Program-made: the position numbers and the translations under genes
Source of the DNA: a virus
DNA: 38,961 nucleotides
Strand: one strand, 5' to 3'
IMG/VR virus record: IMGVR_UViG_3300045988_105504
Notes under the pieces: model-generated
Told to the model about the DNA's origin: nothing
Databases searched by the model: none
What the model saw: the letters and a program-made list of their open reading frames with translations, nothing else
Part shown: positions 1-9,047 of the stretch, one piece after another
How positions within the stretch are numbered: the stretch's first letter is position 1
How the letters are laid out: every line of letters begins with the position of its first letter

Positions 1-55
1 CAATAATAATCAAGGTAAAACAAGTGTACTTGATTCGATAGCCTGGGCTCTGGGG
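1..55. repeat. 55-bp terminal direct repeat, copy 1 (circular-assembly overlap)
   Basis: CAATAATAATCAAGGTAAAACAAGTGTACTTGATTCGATAGCCTGGGCTCTGGGG is identical to 38907-38961. Confidence 0.95.
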
Positions 56-1216
56 GGTGCAGCGTATAAACCATCTAAGGCTGAAAGAGACGGTTCAGTA
101 ACTCCACCACATTTACATATAGTACTTAGCAACGGACTTGTAGTAGAGAGAAAAGGGAAGAACTCAGAGCTGAAGGTAACTGATCCGAAAGGCCAGAAGG
201 CAGGACAGCAATTATTGGATTCTTTTGTTGAGAAGCTTGCTTTAGACTTGCCAAAATTCATGGAAGCAAGTGACACTGAAAAAGCCAATACCTTGCTAAA
301 TATAATTGGCGTTGGAAGTCAGTTGAAAGAGTTGGAACAGCAAGAAAAAGAAATATATAATGAACGACTTGCAATCGGCAGGATAGCAGACCAGAAGGCA
401 AAATTTGCTAAAGAGCAGGAATATTTTCCTGACGCACCTAAGGACTTGATAAGTGCTTCAGAGTTGATTCAGCAACAACAGGAAATACTTGCAAGGAATG
501 GAGAAAATCAAAAGAAGCGTGACAGGTTGTCAGAAATTACATTTGAAAAGAATAGAATTTTTGATGAAATACAAAGACTTGAAGAGCAAATCAAATCATT
601 ACAGGAAAGACTTGATGAGAGAAAAAAAGCTTATGAAAATGCTGTAAAAGACGAAGTAATCGCAATGAAAACGGTAAATGAATTGCAGGATGAATCCACA
701 GAAGAGCTTGAAAAGAGCCTTGCAGATATAGAAGAGATCAACCGTAAGGTTAGAATAAACCTGGACAAGGACAAGGCGGAAGATGATGCAAGAGAGTATC
801 AGGTTCAATATGATAGCCTTACAGTCAAGCTAAATGATGTCAGAAAGCAAAAGACAGAGTTATTGAATGATGCAAATCTTCCATTACCGGAGCTTACAGT
901 AGATGATGGAAAGCTTTTATATAAAGGCCAGCAGTGGGATAACATGTCAGGGTCTGACAGGCTGAAGGTAGCTACAGCTATTGTAAGAAAATTAAAGCCT
1001 GATTGCGGATTCGTGCTTATGGATAAGCTTGAACAGATGGATATGATCACTTTAAAAGAGTTCAGTGAGTGGCTTGAGCAGGAAGATTTACAGGTGATAG
1101 CTACACGAGTGAGCACAGGGGAAGAATGCAGCATAATCATTGAAGACGGTTACGCTAAAGGTTCGGAAGAAAAAACTGAAGCAAAGCAAAAAGAATGGAA
1201 AGAGGGGGTATTTTAA
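2..1216 (+). CDS. SMC/Rad50-like AAA ATPase, 3' part; the same gene starts at 38809 and crosses the circular junction (437 aa in total)
   Basis: The frame is open from nt 2 with no stop and is in phase with the ORF starting at ATG 38809. Long coiled-coil region (EQQEKEIYNERL, IQRLEEQIKSLQERLDERKK). C-terminal signature/Walker-B-like segment GSDRLKVATAIV...FVLMDKLEQMD. The track entry 215..1216 is a TTG-started fragment of this gene. Confidence 0.8.
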   Translation, partial: NNNQGKTSVLDSIAWALGGAAYKPSKAERDGSVTPPHLHIVLSNGLVVERKGKNSELKVTDPKGQKAGQQLLDSFVEKLALDLPKFMEASDTEKANTLLNIIGVGSQLKELEQQEKEIYNERLAIGRIADQKAKFAKEQEYFPDAPKDLISASELIQQQQEILARNGENQKKRDRLSEITFEKNRIFDEIQRLEEQIKSLQERLDERKKAYENAVKDEVIAMKTVNELQDESTEELEKSLADIEEINRKVRINLDKDKAEDDAREYQVQYDSLTVKLNDVRKQKTELLNDANLPLPELTVDDGKLLYKGQQWDNMSGSDRLKVATAIVRKLKPDCGFVLMDKLEQMDMITLKEFSEWLEQEDLQVIATRVSTGEECSIIIEDGYAKGSEEKTEAKQKEWKEGVF

Positions 1217-2373
1217 TGGAAATCATTAGAGGAAAAATACAAAAGGCAACAAAAGTAGTTATTTACGGACCTGAGGGAATAGGCAAGTCAACATTGGCAG
1301 CAATGTTTCCCAATCCGGTCTTTATAGATACAGAAGGATCTACAGGAAGAATGGATGTTGCAAGATTTCCTGCGCCTACAAGCTTTACAATGCTATTGGA
1401 AGAAATAAAAGAGGTTATAAAGGATAGTTCGATATGTAAGACATTAATAATTGATACTGTCGACTGGGCAGAAAAGCTTTGTGCTGAAGCTATTTGTGCT
1501 GAAAGGAATGTAAAAGGTATAGAGGATTTTGGATATGGAAAAGGATATACCTATTTAAAAGAAAGCTTTGGGAAGATGTTAAATCTACTCTCTGATGCAG
1601 TGGATAAAGGTATCAATGTAGTACTTACAGCGCACGCTATGATGCGTAAATTTGAGCAACCGGATGAAATGGGAGCATATGATCGTTGGGAGTTAAAGCT
1701 CTCTAAGCAGTGTTCACCACTTGTAAAAGAGTGGGCGGATATGGTTCTCTTTTGCAACTATAAGACTATTGTTGTGAATGTAGACAATAAAGGAGTACAA
1801 AAAGGAACAAACAAAGCTCAAGGTGGAAGACGTATCATGTATACCTCACATCACCCTTGTTGGGATGCAAAAAACAGGGACAATCTACCTGAAGAGTTGC
1901 CAATGGAATACGAATCAATAAAGGCTGTAATAGAGCACTCTTTAAGTAGTACAGCTAAAAAGGTTGAGCAATATATGCCTGAGTCGTCACAGATGGATTT
2001 TGTTGACTATAAGAAAGAACAACAGAAGAAGCAAGAAGAAGCAGAAAAGGTGGAAGTTACAAATACACCTGATACGGAGGAGCTTCAAGGCGACAAAAGC
2101 CAGGTGGAAGAAACACCGCAAAGCAATGAAGTATCTAAGTATTTTTCAGATCCTGAGCGTATTCCTAAGGCTCTGCGTGATTTGATGGAAAAGAATGACG
2201 TTGGTGAGTGGGAAATCCAAACAGCAGTAATGGGTAAAGGATATTACCCGGAAGGAACACTTATACAGGATATGGATCCGGCATTTGTTGAAGGTGTACT
2301 TGTTGCCGCATGGCCTCAAGTATTTGAAATAATAAAAGAAATTAAAAAGAATCAAGCAGTTGCATTTAATTAA
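1216..2373 (+). CDS. RecA-like NTPase of the AAA_24/Sak4 type (putative ssDNA-annealing recombinase) with an acidic C-terminal extension
   Basis: The ATG overlaps the upstream stop (TAATG). Walker A VVIYGPEGIGKSTLA followed by FIDTEGS; Walker B LIIDTVDW. Sits in a recombination module. Confidence 0.75.
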   Translation: MEIIRGKIQKATKVVIYGPEGIGKSTLAAMFPNPVFIDTEGSTGRMDVARFPAPTSFTMLLEEIKEVIKDSSICKTLIIDTVDWAEKLCAEAICAERNVKGIEDFGYGKGYTYLKESFGKMLNLLSDAVDKGINVVLTAHAMMRKFEQPDEMGAYDRWELKLSKQCSPLVKEWADMVLFCNYKTIVVNVDNKGVQKGTNKAQGGRRIMYTSHHPCWDAKNRDNLPEELPMEYESIKAVIEHSLSSTAKKVEQYMPESSQMDFVDYKKEQQKKQEEAEKVEVTNTPDTEELQGDKSQVEETPQSNEVSKYFSDPERIPKALRDLMEKNDVGEWEIQTAVMGKGYYPEGTLIQDMDPAFVEGVLVAAWPQVFEIIKEIKKNQAVAFN

Positions 2374-2391
2374 AGAAAGGTAAAAAAAGAT

Positions 2392-2841
2392 ATGGATAAC
2401 ACAATGGATAAGGCTTTAAGTTGGGATGATGAGATTAATTTAGAGAGTGAGTATGAACTCCTCCCTGCAGGTGAATATAACTTTGTTGTTGAATCATTAG
2501 GCAAAGGGCATTTTGGAGGTTCTGAAAAGATGTCACCATGCCCACAGGCTGATTTAACTATCGTTGTAAAAAAGGCTGACGGAAAAGAAGCCAAGGTATT
2601 TGATACATTGTATCTTAATACAAAAGCTGAATGGAAGCTGTCTCAGTTCTTCATTGCGATAGGTCAAAAGAAAAAAGGTGAACCTTTTACAATGAATTGG
2701 GCTAAGGTGCCGGGGTCTCAGGGAAGACTTAGTTTAGTTATAAATGAGTACAAAGATAAGAATGGTAATTTAAAGAAGAATAATCGTGTAGAAAAGTACT
2801 TAGTACCGGAGAAGAAAGAGTTTACTGCAGGTCAGTTTTAA
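2392..2841 (+). CDS. DUF669-like phage protein (partner of Sak4-type modules)
   Basis: 149-aa ORF with LPAGEYNFVVESL-type N-terminal motif. Located between the Sak4-like gene and the helicase. Confidence 0.55.
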   Translation: MDNTMDKALSWDDEINLESEYELLPAGEYNFVVESLGKGHFGGSEKMSPCPQADLTIVVKKADGKEAKVFDTLYLNTKAEWKLSQFFIAIGQKKKGEPFTMNWAKVPGSQGRLSLVINEYKDKNGNLKKNNRVEKYLVPEKKEFTAGQF

Positions 2842-4451
2842 TGGACAACAAGATAGCATTGAGGCCCTATCAGGAAGAGGCTAGGAGAGCCGTTGAGGAT
2901 ACTTGGATAAATGGTACCAAGAGAACTCTCCTGGTACTCCCTACAGGGTGTGGAAAAACAATAGTGTTTGCAAAGATTGCAGAGGATATGGTTAGAAAAG
3001 GGAATCGTGTACTTATTCTTGCCCACCGTGGAGAGCTATTACAACAAGCGGCTGATAAGATACAAAAGGCTACAGGTCTTATATGTTCCGTGGAAAAGGC
3101 GGAAGAAACAAGTGTTGGTAGTTGGTACATGATTACCACAGGCTCTATACAGACTATGCAAAGAGAAAGCAGACTGAGTAAATTTGATAAAGAACACTTC
3201 CCGGTAATCATAGTTGACGAAGCTCATCATTGTATATCTGCAGGATATCAAAAAGTTTTACAATACTTTGAAAAATCTATGGTATTAGGCGTAACAGCAA
3301 CTCCGGACAGAGGAGATATGCGAAATCTTGGTGAATACTTTGAAACATTGGCATATGAATACACTCTTCCAAAGGCTATAAAAGAGGGATATCTAACACC
3401 AATTAAAGCTCTTACAGTGCCACTTAGCATAGATATATCTCAAGTAGGTATGCAATCAGGCGACTTTTCAAGTGGTGAAATCGGTACTGCACTGGATCCG
3501 TATTTAGACCAGATAGCTAATGAAATGGCTCAATACTGTAAGAATAGAAAAACTGTAGTATTCCTTCCACTTGTAAAGACTTCGCAAAAATTCGCAGAGA
3601 TATTAAACAGCAAAGGCTTTCGCGCGGCGGAAGTAAACGGAAACAGTGATGATAGAGAAGAGATTTTAAAGGATTTTGACAAAGGCAAATATGATGTACT
3701 TTGTAATTCCATGCTTCTTACAGAAGGTTGGGACTGCCCGTCTGTTGACTGTGTAATAGTGCTCAGGCCTACAAAAGTAAGGGCTTTATACAGCCAGATG
3801 GTAGGTCGTGGAACACGACTATATCCAGGCAAGGAAGAATTGTTATTAATAGATTTTCTTTGGCACACTGAGAGACATGAGCTTTGCCACCCTGCCAATT
3901 TAATATGTGAAGATGCTGAGGTTGCAAAGAAATTAACTAAGAATCTTGAAGATAAAGCAGGTGTTGCAATAGATCTTGAAGAAGCGGAGAAAACAGCTTC
4001 AGAAGATGTTGTGGCACAAAGAGAAGAAGCCTTAGCTAAACAGCTTGAAGAAATGAAGCGTCGTAAGAAGAGATTAGTTGATCCGTTACAATTTGAAATG
4101 TCTATACAGGCAGAAGACCTTGCAGGGTATATTCCTACATTTGGATGGGAAGCAGCGCCGGCATCTCAAAAGCAAATTAGTACACTTGAAAAACTTGGAA
4201 TATGTCCTGACGAAATAGAGAATGCCGGAAAGGCTAAGAAACTATTAGACAGGCTTGATATGAGAAGAGTTGCAGGCCTAACTACACCAAAGCAAATAAG
4301 ATTTTTAGAAGGTAAAGGATTTCAACATGTTGGTACATGGGATTTTGACAGTGCAAGAAAGTTAATCGATCGTATAGCAGGCAATGGATGGAAGGTACCT
4401 CAGGGGATTAATCCCAAGACATATAATCCTTCTTTACCGGAGATTTTTTAG
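2841..4451 (+). CDS. SF2 DEAD/DEAH-box DNA helicase
   Basis: Motif I LLVLPTGCGKT, motif II VIIVDEAHH, motif III GVTATPDR, motif VI QMVGRGTR. TAATG coupling to the upstream gene. Confidence 0.85.
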   Translation: MDNKIALRPYQEEARRAVEDTWINGTKRTLLVLPTGCGKTIVFAKIAEDMVRKGNRVLILAHRGELLQQAADKIQKATGLICSVEKAEETSVGSWYMITTGSIQTMQRESRLSKFDKEHFPVIIVDEAHHCISAGYQKVLQYFEKSMVLGVTATPDRGDMRNLGEYFETLAYEYTLPKAIKEGYLTPIKALTVPLSIDISQVGMQSGDFSSGEIGTALDPYLDQIANEMAQYCKNRKTVVFLPLVKTSQKFAEILNSKGFRAAEVNGNSDDREEILKDFDKGKYDVLCNSMLLTEGWDCPSVDCVIVLRPTKVRALYSQMVGRGTRLYPGKEELLLIDFLWHTERHELCHPANLICEDAEVAKKLTKNLEDKAGVAIDLEEAEKTASEDVVAQREEALAKQLEEMKRRKKRLVDPLQFEMSIQAEDLAGYIPTFGWEAAPASQKQISTLEKLGICPDEIENAGKAKKLLDRLDMRRVAGLTTPKQIRFLEGKGFQHVGTWDFDSARKLIDRIAGNGWKVPQGINPKTYNPSLPEIF

Positions 4452-4463
4452 GAGGATATATGA

Positions 4464-6767
4464 ATGCAAGGTTATGACTTAACAGAATTACTTAAATACA
4501 TTAATCCGTCTACATTAGATTATCAAGAGTGGGTAAATGTGGGTATGGCACTAAAAGAAGAGGGCTACACGGCATCTGACTGGGATTCTTGGAGCAGGAA
4601 TGATACAAGATATAAGTCAGGCGAATGCTTCCGTAAATGGGGCACTTTTACCAGTGAAGGTGGTTCGCTTGTAACAGGTGGCACTATATATGAATATGCA
4701 AAAAGAGGTGGTTTTGTGCCACCTCAAAAAAATACCGAGACAAGTTACGCTCTTTCATGGGACGATACTATCGTAAAGGATGATTTAACTATAGTAGACA
4801 GTACTTGGCTTGAGGAAAGAGAAATAGAAGAGCCTTCTGATGAAAATTGGAACCCAGTACATGAGCTGATTACTTATTTACAGACACTATTTCAAAGTAC
4901 AGAAAATGTAGGGTATGTAACTGAAGTTTATAACAATGAAGATAAGTTAAGCCCTAAAAAAGGGAATTGGGATAGGACTGCAGGCCAGCTTATAGAAGAG
5001 CTTAGAAAATATAATGATATAAGTTCCGTATTTGGAGACAGCAACCCTGAAGCGGGGGCATGGATCAGATTCAACCCACTGGATGGAAACGGAATCAAAA
5101 ATGACAACGTGACAGATTATCGCTATGCGTTAGTAGAGTCTGATACAGTATCTCTAGGCAAGCAGAACGCAATTATGCGTGAGCTGGAACTTCCTATAGC
5201 TTGTATGGTCTACTCCGGGAAGAAGTCAGTACATGCAATTGTAAAGGTAGAAGCGCAAGACTATCAGGAATACAAGAAGCGTGTGGAGTATCTTTATAAG
5301 GTATGTGAAAAGAACGGATTAAAGGTTGATACTCAAAACAAAAATCCTTCCAGATTATCAAGAATGCCGGGAATAAGACGTAATGAACATAAACAATTCT
5401 TGATTGCTACAAACATAGGCAAAAGCAATTGGAATGAATGGTATGAATGGATAGAGGGTGTAAATGACGATCTGCCGGATCCTGAAGAACTGACTAATCT
5501 TTGGGATGATATACCACCGTTAGCGGACTGCCTAATAGATAATGTGCTTAGGCAAGGCCATAAAATGCTACTTGCAGGACCAAGTAAAGCAGGTAAGTCT
5601 TTTGCACTCATTGAGCTTACAATTGCTATTGCAGAAGGCAAGAAATGGTTAGGATTTCAATGTGCTAAAGGTAAAGTATTATACATAAACTTGGAGCTTG
5701 ACAGAGCCTCATGTTTGCACCGTTTCGCAGATGTATATAAGGATTTAGGGTACAAGCCGGATAACTTAAAAAACATAGATATATGGAACTTAAGAGGTAA
5801 GGCCGTACCCATGGATATGTTAGCGCCTAAGCTTATTAGAAGGTCGGAGAAAAAGGGATACACAGCTATAATATTAGATCCTATATACAAGGTTATTACA
5901 GGTGATGAGAACAGTGCAGACCAGATGGCTAAGTTTTGCAATCAGTTTGACAAGATATGTACAGAGTTACATTCAGCGGTTATTTATTGTCACCACCATT
6001 CAAAAGGCGCACAGGGCGGTAAAAGGTCTATGGATAGAGCTTCAGGCTCAGGAGTTTTCGCAAGGGATCCTGATGCACTTTTAGACCTTATAGAGCTTGA
6101 ACTTACAGATGATATAAAAAAAGCTGAGAATAGCAAAGCAAGGATTAGAGGAATAGAAAAAGCTTTAAATGAGTATCTACCGGGATGGAGTGAAGAAGTA
6201 GGGCAAGATGATAGGTTGAGCCCTTCAGCTATGCAGGATTTTGCAACAGGGAAGCTTAACTTTGATCAGTCTACAAAGATGATGGAATATATTGCTAAGG
6301 AGCAAGAATTACAATCTTATATAACAGCCTGGAGAGTTGAAGGAACCCTTAGAGAGTTTCCTTCGTTTAAGCCAAAGAATTTTTGGTTTAAGTATCCGGT
6401 ACATCAAGCTGATGAAAGCGGAGTGCTTGCAGATATCAATATAAACGCAGAAACATCTTCTTGGCAAAAAAAGAGTTTTACTGAGAAATTCGCAAAAACT
6501 CAAAAGGAAAAAGGAGAAGAAACTTATAAGGTTTATATAGATGCGTTGGAAGAATTGTTTGACGATTCAACTGAAAGTATAACTGCAGAGGAGCTATCAG
6601 GAGTAATTGGAAAGAGTGAAGATGTCATTAGAAAAGATTTCTGTGGTGATAAATTTAGAGGGAAAGAAAGACCAAGACTTAAAAATAAATTGAAAAAAGC
6701 AGGGTATGTTTACGAAAAAGGAAAGATTTCCAAAGAAACGGACATACAACTGGACATACAAAAATGA
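4464..6767 (+). CDS. Primase-helicase: N-terminal PriCT-like and primase-polymerase-like region, C-terminal RepA/DnaB-like (AAA_25) NTPase
   Basis: N-terminus YQEWVNVGMALKEEGYTASDWDSWS...FRKWGTF. Walker A LLAGPSKAGKSF, Walker B TAIILDPIYK, then CHHHSKG...ASGSGVFARDPDA. Its 3' end runs into the iteron array. Confidence 0.75.
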   Translation: MQGYDLTELLKYINPSTLDYQEWVNVGMALKEEGYTASDWDSWSRNDTRYKSGECFRKWGTFTSEGGSLVTGGTIYEYAKRGGFVPPQKNTETSYALSWDDTIVKDDLTIVDSTWLEEREIEEPSDENWNPVHELITYLQTLFQSTENVGYVTEVYNNEDKLSPKKGNWDRTAGQLIEELRKYNDISSVFGDSNPEAGAWIRFNPLDGNGIKNDNVTDYRYALVESDTVSLGKQNAIMRELELPIACMVYSGKKSVHAIVKVEAQDYQEYKKRVEYLYKVCEKNGLKVDTQNKNPSRLSRMPGIRRNEHKQFLIATNIGKSNWNEWYEWIEGVNDDLPDPEELTNLWDDIPPLADCLIDNVLRQGHKMLLAGPSKAGKSFALIELTIAIAEGKKWLGFQCAKGKVLYINLELDRASCLHRFADVYKDLGYKPDNLKNIDIWNLRGKAVPMDMLAPKLIRRSEKKGYTAIILDPIYKVITGDENSADQMAKFCNQFDKICTELHSAVIYCHHHSKGAQGGKRSMDRASGSGVFARDPDALLDLIELELTDDIKKAENSKARIRGIEKALNEYLPGWSEEVGQDDRLSPSAMQDFATGKLNFDQSTKMMEYIAKEQELQSYITAWRVEGTLREFPSFKPKNFWFKYPVHQADESGVLADININAETSSWQKKSFTEKFAKTQKEKGEETYKVYIDALEELFDDSTESITAEELSGVIGKSEDVIRKDFCGDKFRGKERPRLKNKLKKAGYVYEKGKISKETDIQLDIQK

Positions 6768-6964
6768 TGTCCAGAATTAGAACTGGACATACAACTGGAC
6801 ATACAAATTTCATTATGTCCAGTTTGAAGATTTTAGGTTTTGGACATACAACTGGACATACAATTTTACCTATGTCCATGTCCACTGGACATACAACTGG
6901 ACATCTATATATATAAATATATATTGTGTCCACACTGTCGTGCGTACATTCCTCACTGGACATG
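6740..6964. repeat. Iteron array of the putative replication origin (GGACAT/ATGTCC core; 22-nt dimer GGACATACAACTGGACATACAA x4)
   Basis: Direct GGACAT at 6740, 6752, 6785, 6797, 6842, 6854, 6887, 6899, 6958. Inverted ATGTCC at 6767, 6815, 6872, 6878, and GTGTCC at 6926. Confidence 0.75.
6906..6925. other. 20-nt pure A/T tract (candidate DNA-unwinding element of the origin)
   Basis: TATATATATAAATATATATT lies directly after the last iteron dimer. It is followed by a GC-rich segment with the hairpin GGGGCG-N8-CGCCCC (6965-6984). Confidence 0.5.
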
Positions 6965-7085
6965 GGGGCGATGGGGTACGCCCCACATGTTCCAGTTCCG
7001 GATGATACGCAGACAGCGACTAACGCGCGAGAAGAAAAAAGAAAAATTTTATAATTTAAAGTGATAAAGTGAAAAGAGGTGAACG

Positions 7086-7481
7086 ATGGAGATACAATTC
7101 TTTTTACCCATGAAAGATATACCGACAATTACGCATCAGGAAAAACAGGTTCATGTCGTAAAAGGTAAACCGTTCTTTTACGAACCGGAGAAGCTGAAAG
7201 TGTGGAGAAATAAATTAACAGGTTTGTGCCTTCCGTATGTATTAGAGCAACCTATAAGCGGAGCTGTACAGCTCGTTACTAAATGGATTTACCCTTTGGG
7301 AGAACATAGAGAAGGTGAGTATAAAATAACAAAGCCTGATACTGATAACATGATTAAGCTTTTAAAAGACTGTATGACTAAGTGTGGATTTTGGAAGGAT
7401 GATGCACAAGTTGCTTCAGAGATAACAGAAAAGTTCTATGGCTCAAAAGTCGGAATCTACATCAGGATAAGAGAGCTATGA
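7086..7481 (+). CDS. rusA: RusA-family Holliday-junction resolvase
   Basis: KPDTDNMIKLLKDCMTKCGFWKDDAQV catalytic-Asp motif typical of RusA; 131 aa; SD AAGAGGTGA. Confidence 0.85.
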   Translation: MEIQFFLPMKDIPTITHQEKQVHVVKGKPFFYEPEKLKVWRNKLTGLCLPYVLEQPISGAVQLVTKWIYPLGEHREGEYKITKPDTDNMIKLLKDCMTKCGFWKDDAQVASEITEKFYGSKVGIYIRIREL

Positions 7482-7741
7482 CAGGTAATATAATTTCAGA
7501 CGCGAAACTTGGTAAGGCTTTAAATGTTATTTATAACATTTGGTTTCAAAAGTGGAAGTGCAAATTAAAAACAATGACAGATAGAGATTGGGAAGACTGC
7601 ATTCACGAATTGAATTACATTGCAGAGCAGGGCGAATACCCGGTAGTAGCTACAATAGGTATTGCACTGCTGGACGAGCTGGATGCAAGAGTAAAAGGCG
7701 GATATAGAAGCTTTGAGGGAGAGAAGGAAAAGAATGAATGA
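7478..7741 (+). CDS. Hypothetical early protein
   Basis: 87-aa ORF. ATGA overlap with the rusA stop (translational coupling). Confidence 0.5.
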   Translation: MTGNIISDAKLGKALNVIYNIWFQKWKCKLKTMTDRDWEDCIHELNYIAEQGEYPVVATIGIALLDELDARVKGGYRSFEGEKEKNE

Positions 7742-8672
7742 AGATAAAATAAACAAAGCTATCGAAGCACTCAAGACAGCCGAAAAGATAGCAAAAGATT
7801 TTTATAAAAGGCCTGTGGTTGTCACATACAGCGGTGGCAAGGACAGCGATGTCCTACTGGATCTGGCTATAAAGTCGGGGATAAAGTTTGAAGTGTCGCA
7901 CAGCATAACGACTGTAGATGCACCGCAAACAAATAGACATGTAAACAAAGTTTTTGCAGAGTTGAAAGAAAAAGGCATAAAAGCATACAAGAAAATGCCG
8001 ACTTACAAGGGCAAGCCAATAAACATGTTTAGCCTGATAGCACAAAAGGGCATACCGCCTACAAGGCTTGTACGATACTGCTGTGGAGTGTTCAAAGAAG
8101 GCACAGAAAAAAACAAAGTTGTTGCACTAGGCGTGAGAGCTGCAGAGTCAAAAAAGCGACAAAACAGGGATGCATTTTCGACAAGCGTTGGCAAGCTTGC
8201 AAATTCAAAGCATTTCAGTTTGTCGCACGTCCAAGAGGTTTTTAAAGATGCGAAAGAACAAGATGAAGTGTGGGATTGCGCGCTTGTAACAACAGCGAGA
8301 AAGCACAAAACAATACTCGTAAATCCGATATACGAATGGACTGATGCTGAAATCTGGGGATACATACATGAAAACAATATTGCGTACAATGAGCTGTACG
8401 ATATGGGGTACAGCAGAGTAGGCTGTATATTGTGCCCTTTGGCAAATAAACGAGAAAAACAAAGAGACATACTGACATTTCCTGCATACAAAGAGCGATA
8501 CATAAAAGCCTTTGAAAAAATGCTTGAAGTCAGAAAAGAAAGAGGAAAAGACGATGGAAACGGCGGAGCATGGAAAGATGCAGAATCTGTATTTAGATGG
8601 TGGATTGAGGATAAGACAATCGAAGGGCAAATGAAGTTTGATTTTTTGGAAGTTAGAGAGGAGAAAGAATGA
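7734..8672 (+). CDS. PP-loop ATP-pyrophosphatase of the PAPS-reductase/DndC-like family
   Basis: PP-loop VVVTYSGGKDSDVLLDLA; C-terminal Cys pair VGCILCP. ATG 7734 overlaps the upstream stop. The track start at 7713 is probably an over-extension. Confidence 0.8.
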   Translation: MNEDKINKAIEALKTAEKIAKDFYKRPVVVTYSGGKDSDVLLDLAIKSGIKFEVSHSITTVDAPQTNRHVNKVFAELKEKGIKAYKKMPTYKGKPINMFSLIAQKGIPPTRLVRYCCGVFKEGTEKNKVVALGVRAAESKKRQNRDAFSTSVGKLANSKHFSLSHVQEVFKDAKEQDEVWDCALVTTARKHKTILVNPIYEWTDAEIWGYIHENNIAYNELYDMGYSRVGCILCPLANKREKQRDILTFPAYKERYIKAFEKMLEVRKERGKDDGNGGAWKDAESVFRWWIEDKTIEGQMKFDFLEVREEKE

Positions 8673-9040
8673 GAGTGTACCTATCCGGACCAATCACGGG
8701 CACGAAAAATTACCTACTGAATTTTTTAAGGGCAGAAAACACCATCAGGGCACATAAAAAATTTAAACGTTGCGATGTGATCAACCCTGCAAGACTTGGC
8801 AATGTCCTGCCATACGGCACGCACAAGGAGTACATGGAACTCTGCTACAGCCTTGTGGGCATGTCAGATAAGATGGTCATGCTTAAAGGGTGGCAGAAGT
8901 CGAAAGGCGCAAAGCTTGAGAAGAAAATGGCTGAGGAAATGGACATGGAGATTTATGAACTGCAGGAAGATGGCGAATTAAAACCCTTGTTCAAAAATGA
9001 ATACATATGCAAGGGGAATGAAATAAAATACTATGCGTGA
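8669..9040 (+). CDS. DUF4406 / nucleoside 2-deoxyribosyltransferase-like protein
   Basis: N-terminus MRVYLSGPITG; later GWQKSKGAKLEKKMAEE. ATGA coupling to the PP-loop gene. Confidence 0.65.
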   Translation: MRVYLSGPITGTKNYLLNFLRAENTIRAHKKFKRCDVINPARLGNVLPYGTHKEYMELCYSLVGMSDKMVMLKGWQKSKGAKLEKKMAEEMDMEIYELQEDGELKPLFKNEYICKGNEIKYYA

Positions 9041-9047
9041 GGTGAAC

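Noticed and set aside
1-55. The 55-bp end repeat as a biological cos site or direct terminal repeat
   Set aside because: The repeat lies inside an intact coding frame and has no terminase-site features. A PBSX-type terL suggests headful packaging. A fixed short overlap is typical of circular contigs from assemblers. This can only be settled with reads.
6740-6964. Possible CRISPR array or minisatellite
   Set aside because: The repeat unit is only 12 nt, spacers are irregular (about 23-35 nt) and contain inverted copies of the same core. There are no cas genes. The layout fits iterons, not CRISPR.
6679-7128. Track ORFs 6679..7128 (-) and 6840..7064 (+), with repetitive products (PVVCP..., MDIQLDIQ...)
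   Set aside because: They are read-through of the GGACAT/ATGTCC iteron array and the A/T tract. The peptide repeats simply mirror the DNA repeats. No SD, and the region is better explained as the origin.
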